A stretch of DNA of 58,916 bases from a virus (taxonomy: Duplodnaviria; Caudoviricetes): positions 1 through 58,916 of the IMG/VR virus record IMGVR_UViG_3300031227_000045, one strand, 5' to 3'. The notes beneath the pieces were generated by a model. It ran no database searches. It saw only the letters and a list, made by a program, of their open reading frames with translations, and was not told the origin of the DNA. This document shows, piece by piece, positions 30,428-39,355 of this stretch. The position numbers and the translations under genes are program-made. Positions within the stretch are counted from its first letter, which is position 1; every line of letters starts with the position of its first letter.

Positions 30428-31192
30428 TTAAGTAGTCGAGCCTTCACTATTCATTGTCCATGTAGATTTGCCAGCAGCAGCCCCGGCCGTGAGTGACATT
30501 TTTAACCAAATTCCGCACGCACTACCTGGAGCTATATCAGTACCGGGAACATTCTTATCATCATCACTAAATGCTTCGGAAATTCCAGTTGGCGCAGTAT
30601 CTAGGCGCGAGGCTACAATTTCATCATCATCTTGAGCATCTTCTAGAGTAAAACTAATAATACCAGTTGGGTCGGCATTTTCTTTAATAATGGCGCTAAG
30701 TAAAGCGTTAACAGCATTGGTATTTTTCATAAAGAGTTTTTCATAAAAGTCTCTACTAGAACCACCGGCTGCATCAGCGGACACATCATAGAATGGACGA
30801 CGCACTTGTAGCACACCAGATTCCATATCTACCATTGTAGTAGTTGTACCATTATCAGTTACATTAACTACACCAGCATGAGCGGCATCACATACGACCT
30901 TAAGAATTCTCTCAAAGGTTACAGCCCCAGCTTGAGAATTAACTCCAGCTAAAGTAAAAGCTTCACTAGTAATAACGCCCGTAGATGAGCGACCAGTCAC
31001 AGTAACAGTTTGAGTAGTATCGGCAGCACTACCGCTAACTACATCAACTGTATCATTTAAAGTATTGGCGAGAGTTGAGTCATCAAACACATAGCGAACC
31101 CCTGTGTCAATACCTCCACCTTGAGCAGTAGTATTATCTTCTGCTATTCCGGTTGCGCCATAAACGATTAACTCACTTGCTATAACAGACAT
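30428..31192 (-). CDS. virion structural protein
   Basis: Ala/Thr/Asp-rich beta sequence; AGGAG SD; located in the structural operon. Confidence 0.55.
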   Translation of the reverse strand: MSVIASELIVYGATGIAEDNTTAQGGGIDTGVRYVFDDSTLANTLNDTVDVVSGSAADTTQTVTVTGRSSTGVITSEAFTLAGVNSQAGAVTFERILKVVCDAAHAGVVNVTDNGTTTTMVDMESGVLQVRRPFYDVSADAAGGSSRDFYEKLFMKNTNAVNALLSAIIKENADPTGIISFTLEDAQDDDEIVASRLDTAPTGISEAFSDDDKNVPGTDIAPGSACGIWLKMSLTAGAAAGKSTWTMNSEGSTT

Positions 31193-31216
31193 ATAAGTCT
31201 CCTAATTATTTGAACA

Positions 31217-33352
31217 TTACCTAGATGGTAAGGTCCATGTAGTATTTCTTGTTAGTAAGGTCCATGTTAAACCAGGTATAGTAGAATTGAATCCATACAT
31301 CCAGTCTAATAGTAATATACACGAAATGGCTAGGTTTAGATGGTTATCAAAGGGAATAGTATCGCTTTGAGAAATATCCGCCAGCCAACTTAAATTAAAT
31401 GTATCCGTAGCACTAATAGATGTATAAGCTGCCCCACCCCATCCCAATAATAAATCTTGATTAATGCCCAATTTTGCTAAGTATGCTAAGTTGACCACTT
31501 TTTCACTGCTCAAATTAGTACGCCAATCATAGTTAATAATGTCATTTGTAGATAATTCGCTTCTTAATGAGATTGGAATGATGCTCGTCGGGGATAAACC
31601 ACGTAACCATGATAATGGTACAGTGGTAGAACTTGGGATTAAGTTTAGTATCCAAGACAGTGGCATAGTATTAGAAGTGGCTAAACTACCTCTCCAATCC
31701 AATGGAACAATACTTTCAACATCTAGATTATTTTTCCACCCTAGCAATAAGATGTCTAAAGCACTTACTGAAATGTTGGTTGCTTGCCATCCCAATGTAA
31801 ATATATTTGATAAGGCCAAACTTTGTAACCATGATAACGATGTTATATTTGATAATGCTAAACCCTGTAACCACGATATGGGTATCTCACCAGATAATAC
31901 CAAAGCCCCCAAATATGATAATGGTGTTATGTTTTCTCTGCTCAAATTAGTACGCCAACCATAATTGACAATATCATTTGTAGATAATTCACCCCTTAGT
32001 GAGATTGGAATGATGCTCGTTGGGGATAAGCCGTGTAACCATGATAGTGGTAATTGATGAGAACCAGATATTCCACCTAACCAAGACGATGGTAATTCAG
32101 AAGATGTAGCTAATTGGGTTAACCATTCTAAAGTTAATATACTTGAGGCAGTTATAGGTGTAGTGCTACCATCACCCTTCCAGCCTAAGTTCAGAATATC
32201 TAAAGAAGAAATTCCTTGTAACCAATCTGGATTAGTTATTGTACCACTAGAGATTTTTTGTAACCATTCTAAGTTTAGTATTTGAGACCTGAGTAGGTTT
32301 AGTCTCCAGTCTAAGTTTAAGATACTAGGTAAAGATAAACCTGTTAACCACGATGATGGTAATGTACTAGAATTAGATATATTTTGTAACCATGACAAAG
32401 CTAATATTTTAGATGTTACTAGGTTTAACCTCCAGTCTAGGTCTAAAATATTTGATGGAGATAAATTAACTAATGAATCAATGTTAATAATACTAGATTG
32501 TGACAAACCTTGCAACCACGTTAATGCTAGTATTTGAGATTTGACTAAATTAAGCCTCCAGTCTAAGTTTAAAGCACTTGATAAAGACAAATTAACCTGT
32601 GGGTCAATATCAATAATATCAGATTTAGATAGACCTTGTAACCATGACAAAGCTAATATTTTAGACGTTGCTAATTTTAATCTCCAATCTAAATCAACAA
32701 CATCAGATTTAGACAAACCTTGTAACCATTCTAAAGGTAACAATTGAGATTTAACAAGATTTAATTGCCAGTCTTCATTTAAGATATTATCTAATGATAA
32801 TTGGGTCTTCCAAGAAACATTTATAATAACCCCAGGTGATATGGTAGAATTCCAATCTACATTCATAACACCTAAGTTGGCTATTACTCCACACCATGAA
32901 ATTGGTATTGTACTACTTTGAGCAGCAGTGTACGCAGCAAAAGTTATAAAATCACGCTTGCGTCTTGGATAACTTTCTTTTAGAATTGTGCGAGGATATA
33001 TTCTACCCAGTCTATGGTAACCCATAGCACCGGTAACACTACACTGTCTGTTTTTTTTACCCGATATTACAATAACAGTAGCGGTGCCGGTCAGGCCACT
33101 CGGCACCGCCCCCACGGTAGCCGTGCCGGCATAGGTGACTGGGGCATATTCGCCAGTTATGCCGTCAGCACGAGCCCAGCACAAGCCAACCGTGCCTTTT
33201 ACAACGCTGATGTACCAGCCTCCGAAAATTGAGAAAATCCAGTACGCCCCATCTCCCCGCTCGTATGCCGTCTTGCCGTTGTACGTGCCGTTCGCAGTAT
33301 AGGTACCCGTGGCGTCGGGGTCTAGGGTTCCGGTGACGCGATAGGCAGACAC
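31217..33352 (-). CDS. repeat-containing fibre/appendage protein with a GC-rich foreign N-terminal domain
   Basis: About 14-aa periodic LxW..L/S..IL repeats over most of the protein; the first ~90 codons are GC-rich. Confidence 0.6.
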   Translation of the reverse strand: MSAYRVTGTLDPDATGTYTANGTYNGKTAYERGDGAYWIFSIFGGWYISVVKGTVGLCWARADGITGEYAPVTYAGTATVGAVPSGLTGTATVIVISGKKNRQCSVTGAMGYHRLGRIYPRTILKESYPRRKRDFITFAAYTAAQSSTIPISWCGVIANLGVMNVDWNSTISPGVIINVSWKTQLSLDNILNEDWQLNLVKSQLLPLEWLQGLSKSDVVDLDWRLKLATSKILALSWLQGLSKSDIIDIDPQVNLSLSSALNLDWRLNLVKSQILALTWLQGLSQSSIINIDSLVNLSPSNILDLDWRLNLVTSKILALSWLQNISNSSTLPSSWLTGLSLPSILNLDWRLNLLRSQILNLEWLQKISSGTITNPDWLQGISSLDILNLGWKGDGSTTPITASSILTLEWLTQLATSSELPSSWLGGISGSHQLPLSWLHGLSPTSIIPISLRGELSTNDIVNYGWRTNLSRENITPLSYLGALVLSGEIPISWLQGLALSNITSLSWLQSLALSNIFTLGWQATNISVSALDILLLGWKNNLDVESIVPLDWRGSLATSNTMPLSWILNLIPSSTTVPLSWLRGLSPTSIIPISLRSELSTNDIINYDWRTNLSSEKVVNLAYLAKLGINQDLLLGWGGAAYTSISATDTFNLSWLADISQSDTIPFDNHLNLAISCILLLDWMYGFNSTIPGLTWTLLTRNTTWTLPSR
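31509..32052. repeat. internal direct duplication of ~112 bp (31509-31620 and 31941-32052)
   Basis: Both copies begin CTCAAATTAGTACGCCAA and share GAGATTGGAATGATGCTCGT; offset 432 bp = 144 codons. Confidence 0.85.
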
Positions 33353-33354
33353 AA

Positions 33355-33813
33355 TTAACCTCCTATTTCTCTAAATACGACCTGCATATTTAAAGTGTGC
33401 GATGCACTTGGTGCAGTAAGAAGTCTAAGTCCTACCGCTCCACTTGGACTAATAACTGGGCGCTCTTCGGGAATTGGGTCATAGCGATAACCAGCTAGGT
33501 TATTGAAACCTTGTTGGTCAAAGGCTAAAGTATCATAAGTATCGGGCTCAGTTTCTAAGTGGGCGGTTGCGGTAACCGTACTAGCCACATCGCCGTTTTC
33601 ATGTTTTTGGGGCGTGACTTCAGTACCACTGGGGGCACCAATAGAATTAACACGATATAGTCCACAGTGAAGTTGTTCACTGGTATCTACATCTTGATTT
33701 GTTATTGATGCGCCAAGAATCTCCAAAGCCATATCTGATGGTACTTCTAGTAACATCAAAGTTTCTACACCTGTAACGGCGATATCATGTTCAGCCGTAT
33801 ATACACCTCTCAT
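33355..33813 (-). CDS. putative virion protein (beta-sandwich)
   Basis: 152 aa, native AT-rich composition, located in the structural operon. Confidence 0.55.
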   Translation of the reverse strand: MRGVYTAEHDIAVTGVETLMLLEVPSDMALEILGASITNQDVDTSEQLHCGLYRVNSIGAPSGTEVTPQKHENGDVASTVTATAHLETEPDTYDTLAFDQQGFNNLAGYRYDPIPEERPVISPSGAVGLRLLTAPSASHTLNMQVVFREIGG

Positions 33814-33816
33814 TAT

Positions 33817-34983
33817 TTATCTCCGATATATTGATTTACGTCTTTTTTGAAAAATAGCAATCAGGTAGGCAGGAGCCACCGCCGCCACCGTGTACGTCGC
33901 GTAGATCGACCAGAGATTGGTACTATCGGCACTCCAACCCCATCCGGGGAAGGTACTGGGAAACGAGTAGCCGCAGGGGTATGTCGCTGTTGCGGACCGC
34001 CCCCACTTCCGTGAGGCTCCGCCCGTGTCATAGCCAATCCCGATCGCAGGCCATTCGTGGTTGAATCCCAGGTAATGCGTGCCCGGGCTAAATGCACCAC
34101 CGCTCTCGATGTTCTGTGTCCACAAACTTACGTAATTGATAATTACTTCCCACTCGTTAGATTGCCCCTTGAGAGCATCTGGCGTGGTAGAGGTACCATC
34201 ATAGCAGCAGAAACGTCCCGCGATTGTTGAATCACTGTCTCGGCCCATGTAGGCGGACAAACTGGTTATCGTTCCACCTACGCCAACATCACCGATGCAA
34301 AACAGCCAGACATAATTTCTTGTCAGGTTGCCATATTTGGACGCACCATGCGACGTGTACCCGAACGTCGGATCGACGACGACCGGGTACGCCGACTTGG
34401 CCAGCGTCTTGAGCCACTTAACTAGCCCCGGCACCACGACCAGCCGCCCAAAGTGCCCGTGCTGCTGAACCTGGAGCCTAAACCACTTCACCTCGCCGGC
34501 TGCCGTCTCGGCCCTGGCCGCCGGGATGTGCCCGATCTTGCAGCCCGTCCCGTCGAATACGGCGTAGCTGCCAACACACCAATCGGGGCGGACGCAGCCC
34601 TTGGCGACCTCCTCCGCGGTCAAGGCCGGCTGATAGTGAAGTTGGCAGCCGGCCGGCAGTTCCAGTTGTGAGCGGTACTGGCCGAACTTCGGTACGCCGT
34701 CGAAAATCACCGTCTCTTTGAACCCGCCGCCCTCGGACGGGAAGCCGGGATAAAGCTTTTCGATGTCGGTCGCGTGCTCCCATTGCAAGAGCGTCTTGGT
34801 GTCCAGGGCGAACTCCCGACCACGGTCCAGCGGCCGATTGTGCGTCAAGCTGCCGTCGACGAACCGCTTCGTAACCGGCACACCCCAGCAATCCAACAGT
34901 GCCGTAGGTGTAGAGGCGATGCGGTCGATGGTCCGCGTGGACCACCGTTTCGACTCCCATCGTGCTGTCGTGCAAAACGCCAT
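33817..34983 (-). CDS. GC-rich two-domain protein, putative receptor-binding/appendage
   Basis: YPVVVDPTFGY domain junction; aromatic-rich C-domain; AT-rich hydrophobic+basic tail AYLIAIFQKRRKSIYRR. Confidence 0.55.
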   Translation of the reverse strand: MAFCTTARWESKRWSTRTIDRIASTPTALLDCWGVPVTKRFVDGSLTHNRPLDRGREFALDTKTLLQWEHATDIEKLYPGFPSEGGGFKETVIFDGVPKFGQYRSQLELPAGCQLHYQPALTAEEVAKGCVRPDWCVGSYAVFDGTGCKIGHIPAARAETAAGEVKWFRLQVQQHGHFGRLVVVPGLVKWLKTLAKSAYPVVVDPTFGYTSHGASKYGNLTRNYVWLFCIGDVGVGGTITSLSAYMGRDSDSTIAGRFCCYDGTSTTPDALKGQSNEWEVIINYVSLWTQNIESGGAFSPGTHYLGFNHEWPAIGIGYDTGGASRKWGRSATATYPCGYSFPSTFPGWGWSADSTNLWSIYATYTVAAVAPAYLIAIFQKRRKSIYRR

Positions 34984-35165
34984 TAGGCTGCCATTGGGTC
35001 TTTGAAAAACGGGCCGCCGCCGCCGAGGCCGTTGAGGCTGCCGCTTTGGCGGAAGAGTCCGCCTGCCACCGGCCCCGCCACCTTCGGCGTCAGCGCGTCG
35101 AGCTTGTCCACGAGGGCATCGGCATCTTTGAGCCTCGCCCGCTCTTGTGTCAGGTCTCTTGGCAT
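34983..35165 (-). CDS. small GC-rich hypothetical protein
   Basis: SD-like AAGGATAGGG upstream; TAATG coupling to the next gene. Confidence 0.55.
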   Translation of the reverse strand: MPRDLTQERARLKDADALVDKLDALTPKVAGPVAGGLFRQSGSLNGLGGGGPFFKDPMAA

Positions 35166-35169
35166 TTCC

Positions 35170-35268
35170 CTATCCTTTCATTGCTGCGAATACCACGCGG
35201 GTGTTGTACATCCGCACCTGTTTTTCGTCGACAGTCGGCTCGATGATGGTTTGAATTTGATTTGCCAT
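35170..35268 (-). CDS. 32-aa ORF MANQIQTIIEPTVDEKQVRMYNTRVVFAAMKG (not in the supplied track)
   Basis: AAGGA SD; its TAG lies 4 nt before the next ATG; spans the AT-to-GC junction. Confidence 0.5.
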   Translation of the reverse strand: MANQIQTIIEPTVDEKQVRMYNTRVVFAAMKG

Positions 35269-35330
35269 AAGAATTTCCTTGTATTAAAAAAAACATTATT
35301 GAGAATGTGGGATATATTTGTTAACATACT

Positions 35331-35340
35331 ATAATACACT
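35331..35340 (-). promoter_or_regulatory. candidate late promoter AGTGTATTAT
   Basis: Intergenic motif copy upstream of the appendage/neck genes. Confidence 0.45.
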
Positions 35341-35376
35341 AAATTAAAGTTTTTCTACTCTAAGTCAATAGTGGTC

Positions 35377-36975
35377 CTATACCTCAAAGCAATATTTCGC
35401 CTGTCCGCAATCCCAAATCTTAACTAGACCCTTATCGTAACCAGTATTACTGGGAAATTTACTTCTGTGAAATACCTCATATTGTCCATTTGTCCACTTA
35501 AAACTAGGATGTTCTCCAACATACTTAAAACCCAAGTTGGTAAGATATGACCCATTTCCATACCTTAAGTCTATAAAAGTTGTTATAGATGTAGGCTTTA
35601 ACTGTCCCACAGCATATTTTAGCAACCTAGAAAATCCTCCACGCACACTACAATTTAATAGTGGGCAAAAGCGAGAAATCTCATATGTAGAATCTTCAAC
35701 ACAACACACCCTCATCAAACATACGATTTCATCATTAAGTATTAATGCGTAGGATGTACCCCTACCATTACCCATTAAATGATTCTTCTGTAAGAAATCC
35801 TTAGAAGTAGTCTTGTCCACCGTTTGAATTTTACATTCTCTAGCGTTTAACTTGCGCGCACCACCAAACTTATTAGATATGATAGACTTTACAATATCAA
35901 ATTTATTATTGATTTCATCCTCTCTGAAAAATAGCGGAGTATATTCATTTTTAATATAAAGTTTGCGTTTGTTAACATGATAATTGTTATCTTTCACTAC
36001 TGCATCTGAATGCCAATAAAGACCATCACACTCTATGATTAAGTTATGAGAGGGAATAAAGAAGTCTGCAATTTTTCCTTCTACACGAAATTGTTTTTGA
36101 TATGGGATAGATAAGGTGTTGAACCATTCTCGCATAGTTACCTCTAAAGAACTTTCTTGTGGAGTTAATGTAATAGCTTTTTCTATACCATATTTAACTA
36201 CCAAAGTATAAAAATGAGAGCGCGAAAACCCAACCTGCTCAGCAATAGTAGGATATGTTTGGTCTTTATATAGTTTGACATCTCCGTTTGCAATTCTTGT
36301 TAAAAGCCCTTTATGCACTGCATCCTTAGCAACATTAGATATCTTCATATGATGAGTAACTCCACGCTTTTGAATATGGGTTGCGCGGATTTTGGCCTTT
36401 ATCCCTTCATCCTGAAAGGCGTTATCTACGCCAAATTTAGTTTGACACCCATCTTTCATAAGCTCTTTTCCTGCATCACTTTGAGAAGCATAAGCAGTAC
36501 CAAATCGCTCTTTACAAGTCTCCATTCTTTTTTGTTTAACATCTTCTAAGAGAGAGGGGTTATCTACGCCATATTTATCAATAAATACTTGTTTTTGATG
36601 TTCCTTTACATCGTCGTTTTGTATAGCATGTTCACAACCATATTTTTTTAGATTGGTTTGTTTAACTTGCTCTTTAAATTCATCTGATTGGAGACGGTCT
36701 ATATTAGCATCTCTAATCTTATCTTTTACATCCTTTAACTGAGATACATTTTTCACTCCGTACTTAGCCATATTTACATCCGACATCTTTTCATAGCGAC
36801 AAGCTTTACAAGAATCCTTATCAACCAGGACATTTGATTTAGTTCGTCGTTTTGGAGTCGTGTCATAAATCCTATCACAATAATCACACTGAACTTTAAC
36901 CTTTTTATTTGAGCCACTACTTAAGCTTGCAGGATAATAACTATAGGTCTCTAAAGTTTGTTGTACTAATAACAT
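35377..36975 (-). CDS. Hef-like/Vsr-type homing endonuclease with KYGV repeats
   Basis: Repeated K(Y/F)GVDN units; SSLE..ADFFIP..IECDGLYWH; C-terminal GGFSRLLKY, DLRYGNG, WDCGQ. Confidence 0.8.
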   Translation of the reverse strand: MLLVQQTLETYSYYPASLSSGSNKKVKVQCDYCDRIYDTTPKRRTKSNVLVDKDSCKACRYEKMSDVNMAKYGVKNVSQLKDVKDKIRDANIDRLQSDEFKEQVKQTNLKKYGCEHAIQNDDVKEHQKQVFIDKYGVDNPSLLEDVKQKRMETCKERFGTAYASQSDAGKELMKDGCQTKFGVDNAFQDEGIKAKIRATHIQKRGVTHHMKISNVAKDAVHKGLLTRIANGDVKLYKDQTYPTIAEQVGFSRSHFYTLVVKYGIEKAITLTPQESSLEVTMREWFNTLSIPYQKQFRVEGKIADFFIPSHNLIIECDGLYWHSDAVVKDNNYHVNKRKLYIKNEYTPLFFREDEINNKFDIVKSIISNKFGGARKLNARECKIQTVDKTTSKDFLQKNHLMGNGRGTSYALILNDEIVCLMRVCCVEDSTYEISRFCPLLNCSVRGGFSRLLKYAVGQLKPTSITTFIDLRYGNGSYLTNLGFKYVGEHPSFKWTNGQYEVFHRSKFPSNTGYDKGLVKIWDCGQAKYCFEV

Positions 36976-37063
36976 ATTAAACCCCTAAAAAAGAAATATT
37001 AGAATACATAAATAATTATGGTACGATACCGTGTTCGGTGTATCCGATTTATCCCTTTTTGAC

Positions 37064-37096
37064 AAAAAAATAACCGGAAGATTGCTTCCGGTTATT
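37064..37096 (-). terminator. intrinsic terminator after the major capsid gene
   Basis: AATAACCGGAAG/CTTCCGGTTATT perfect 12-bp stem plus a T-tract on the - strand. Confidence 0.85.
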
Positions 37097-37121
37097 CTTG
37101 TTTATTAGTAACTTAAATTAC

Positions 37122-38132
37122 TTATAAGGAACCTAGGATGGCTCTTCGGTTGTCTAATACTGCGAACCCTTGTTCAGACCATCCGTAAACGCCAGCCCGC
37201 TTCTGGCGATGCAATGCATCATCAGGGAACACACTTGGCTGTTCACGTAGGGGCATAACGAAAGAGTCACGACGGTCTAGGTCTAAACCAACTACTAGTT
37301 CAACGTCGCCAGTTGGCATAGTGCCAGATAGTTCGTTGTCGTAGAATAGCTGATATTCTTGACCTTCACCTAGTTCATCTAGGTCGTGTAGATTTACACC
37401 AAAGATACGAGAAAGTGCATTATCACCTTCTGCAATCATAATTTGTCTACGGGTTACATCATCAACTTGGTCAACATTCCAGTTACGGATGTCTTCCATA
37501 GCTTCTGGGGACAAGTACAGGTCGGTTAGTTTGCCGCGGTTTACAGAAGTGGAGTTACCACCACCGTTACGACGCATAACAACCTTTAGAAGAGATACTA
37601 GTCTCTTGGTAAATTGTCCAGCAGCAGCATCACTGTCGGTAACCACTACGTTACGGTCATAAGCTGCGGATAGAAGGGTATGCCAACCGTCATCGTTCAA
37701 TTTCTTGACGAATCCAGCTTGGTATACTTCCATGGCGCGACCAATGATATCCCAACGTGCATCGCGGGCGTACTTCAGATTCCAATCAATTGCGTTACCA
37801 CAATCGTAAGTAGGAACCATGACGTAATCACCTTCAACACTACGCTGTGGAATGTAACCATGATTAGGAATAGTATATGCTACGTGGTCTTTTTCCGTTC
37901 CTGGTGCCAATAGGTCCAGAGGAAATTCAGGTGTTGCACTCTGAGCTAGTTTAATTACCTCAAAGATACCATCTAGAATATCCCCATTCAGGACGCCTTG
38001 ACGTAGAGGTAGTTCTAGAGCCTTAGCTAGTTCGACTAGCGCAGCTAAAGATTCCTCTTTTTTGTATGAACCGGAAGCTACAAGAATCTGAGTTTCTTTT
38101 TTGCCTGGTTCAAACGCTTTTGTCTTAGCCAT
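37122..38132 (-). CDS. major capsid protein (HK97 fold, inferred)
   Basis: 336 aa; follows scaffold and decoration genes and ends at a strong terminator; C-terminal GVYGW..GFAVLD pattern. Confidence 0.8.
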   Translation of the reverse strand: MAKTKAFEPGKKETQILVASGSYKKEESLAALVELAKALELPLRQGVLNGDILDGIFEVIKLAQSATPEFPLDLLAPGTEKDHVAYTIPNHGYIPQRSVEGDYVMVPTYDCGNAIDWNLKYARDARWDIIGRAMEVYQAGFVKKLNDDGWHTLLSAAYDRNVVVTDSDAAAGQFTKRLVSLLKVVMRRNGGGNSTSVNRGKLTDLYLSPEAMEDIRNWNVDQVDDVTRRQIMIAEGDNALSRIFGVNLHDLDELGEGQEYQLFYDNELSGTMPTGDVELVVGLDLDRRDSFVMPLREQPSVFPDDALHRQKRAGVYGWSEQGFAVLDNRRAILGSL

Positions 38133-38148
38133 TATTTATTTACTCCGA

Positions 38149-38613
38149 TTATAGGGGGATATTAATTGCTACTTTAGCATAGCCATCACTGTCTGCACCA
38201 GATAGGAACTTGCCTACCTGATAGTATCCACCGGTGACTGTTAGTTCACCAGATGTGGAATAATACGCAGGGCTGCCAGCCACAGGGGTCTGACCACTCA
38301 CAATGGAATCGGTAACTACCCAACCATCTACTAGAAGTGTTACCTTGCCACCTAACTGGATTTCATCCTTGTGCCAATTAATATGTTGGCGAGTTAGGTC
38401 TAGGTTAACAACGTCGTTCAATAGCAAGCCAGCAGGTACACCATCGCCTGTACCAGTAGGAACCTTAACAGTAGCATTAGCGTCATCCATAGCAGCACCG
38501 ACACCTGTGGTGTCTGTATCATGGGTAACGATAATACCTCTGGTAGCAGTTTCGTTCATGAAGAAACTGATTTCGCTTCCTATACCAATTTTACGGTCTG
38601 GTTTTAAAGCCAT
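38149..38613 (-). CDS. capsid decoration/cement protein
   Basis: Beta-tulip-like pattern (G.V..GWVVT, AGSPAY...G.L, VGKFLS..D.DG..KV); between scaffold and major capsid genes. Confidence 0.65.
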   Translation of the reverse strand: MALKPDRKIGIGSEISFFMNETATRGIIVTHDTDTTGVGAAMDDANATVKVPTGTGDGVPAGLLLNDVVNLDLTRQHINWHKDEIQLGGKVTLLVDGWVVTDSIVSGQTPVAGSPAYYSTSGELTVTGGYYQVGKFLSGADSDGYAKVAINIPL

Positions 38614-38635
38614 TAGTTATTGTCTCCTTTAGAGA

Positions 38636-39355
38636 TTATTCTTCAGATGAATCCGCAGATTTCATCTTTTTACCTAAACGATGTGATACAAATGCAGCTA
38701 ATGCCTGACGAGTTTCAACTAGTTCATCTGCTTCAGTATCTACAGCAGCAGCACCAGCACCTTCGACATCATCAGTTTCTACATTTTCTAAAGTGTCAGT
38801 AGAAGCATTGCTATCATTTTTATCTGTTTCCTTATCGGAAATCACAGACTCGGCAGCTTTTGCTTCCTTATCTTTCTTTGCTTTCTTTGTTTTCTCATCA
38901 TCTTCGCTTGGTTTCTTAGCAGCATTAATAAGTTCAGTAGCCAGAACTTCAAATTGCTCATCAGTTAAATTACTGAATGTTTCAACCTTAGATTCTGCCT
39001 CACTCTTATCAATATCGCCATCAACCAATGTAGAGATGCGACTCGCACGAACTTTCTGAGCTTCAACATCAGCTACTTCTTGAGTCAAGCCGGCGTTAGC
39101 CTTAGTTAACTCTTCGATTTTAGCTTCTAGTTGTGTAATCTTTTCGCTGAGTTGAGCGACTTGCTCACTATCAGCTTGAGCCTTTTCACCAGCGGTCTTT
39201 ACTGCGACTTCTAGAGTATCAATCTTGGTTTCATACTGGGCAATTCCAGCACTAGTAACCTTCTTCTCTAGTTCGGTCTTAGCGTCCGACACGGCTTGCA
39301 AAGCCTCTTTAGTTTCAGATAGCTGTGACTTTAGAAGTTCAATTTCTGAACTCAT
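38636..39355 (-). CDS. nested in-frame scaffolding protein (MSSEIELL..., 239 aa)
   Basis: GAGGAGA SD at 39364-39370 upstream of an in-frame ATG at 39355; GGTGTATACT motif at 39415-39424. Confidence 0.65.
   Translation of the reverse strand: MSSEIELLKSQLSETKEALQAVSDAKTELEKKVTSAGIAQYETKIDTLEVAVKTAGEKAQADSEQVAQLSEKITQLEAKIEELTKANAGLTQEVADVEAQKVRASRISTLVDGDIDKSEAESKVETFSNLTDEQFEVLATELINAAKKPSEDDEKTKKAKKDKEAKAAESVISDKETDKNDSNASTDTLENVETDDVEGAGAAAVDTEADELVETRQALAAFVSHRLGKKMKSADSSEE

Noticed and set aside
31509-32052. Diversity-generating retroelement template/variable repeat pair
   Set aside because: Both copies are in frame within one repeat protein, the mismatches are not confined to adenines, and no reverse transcriptase is present.
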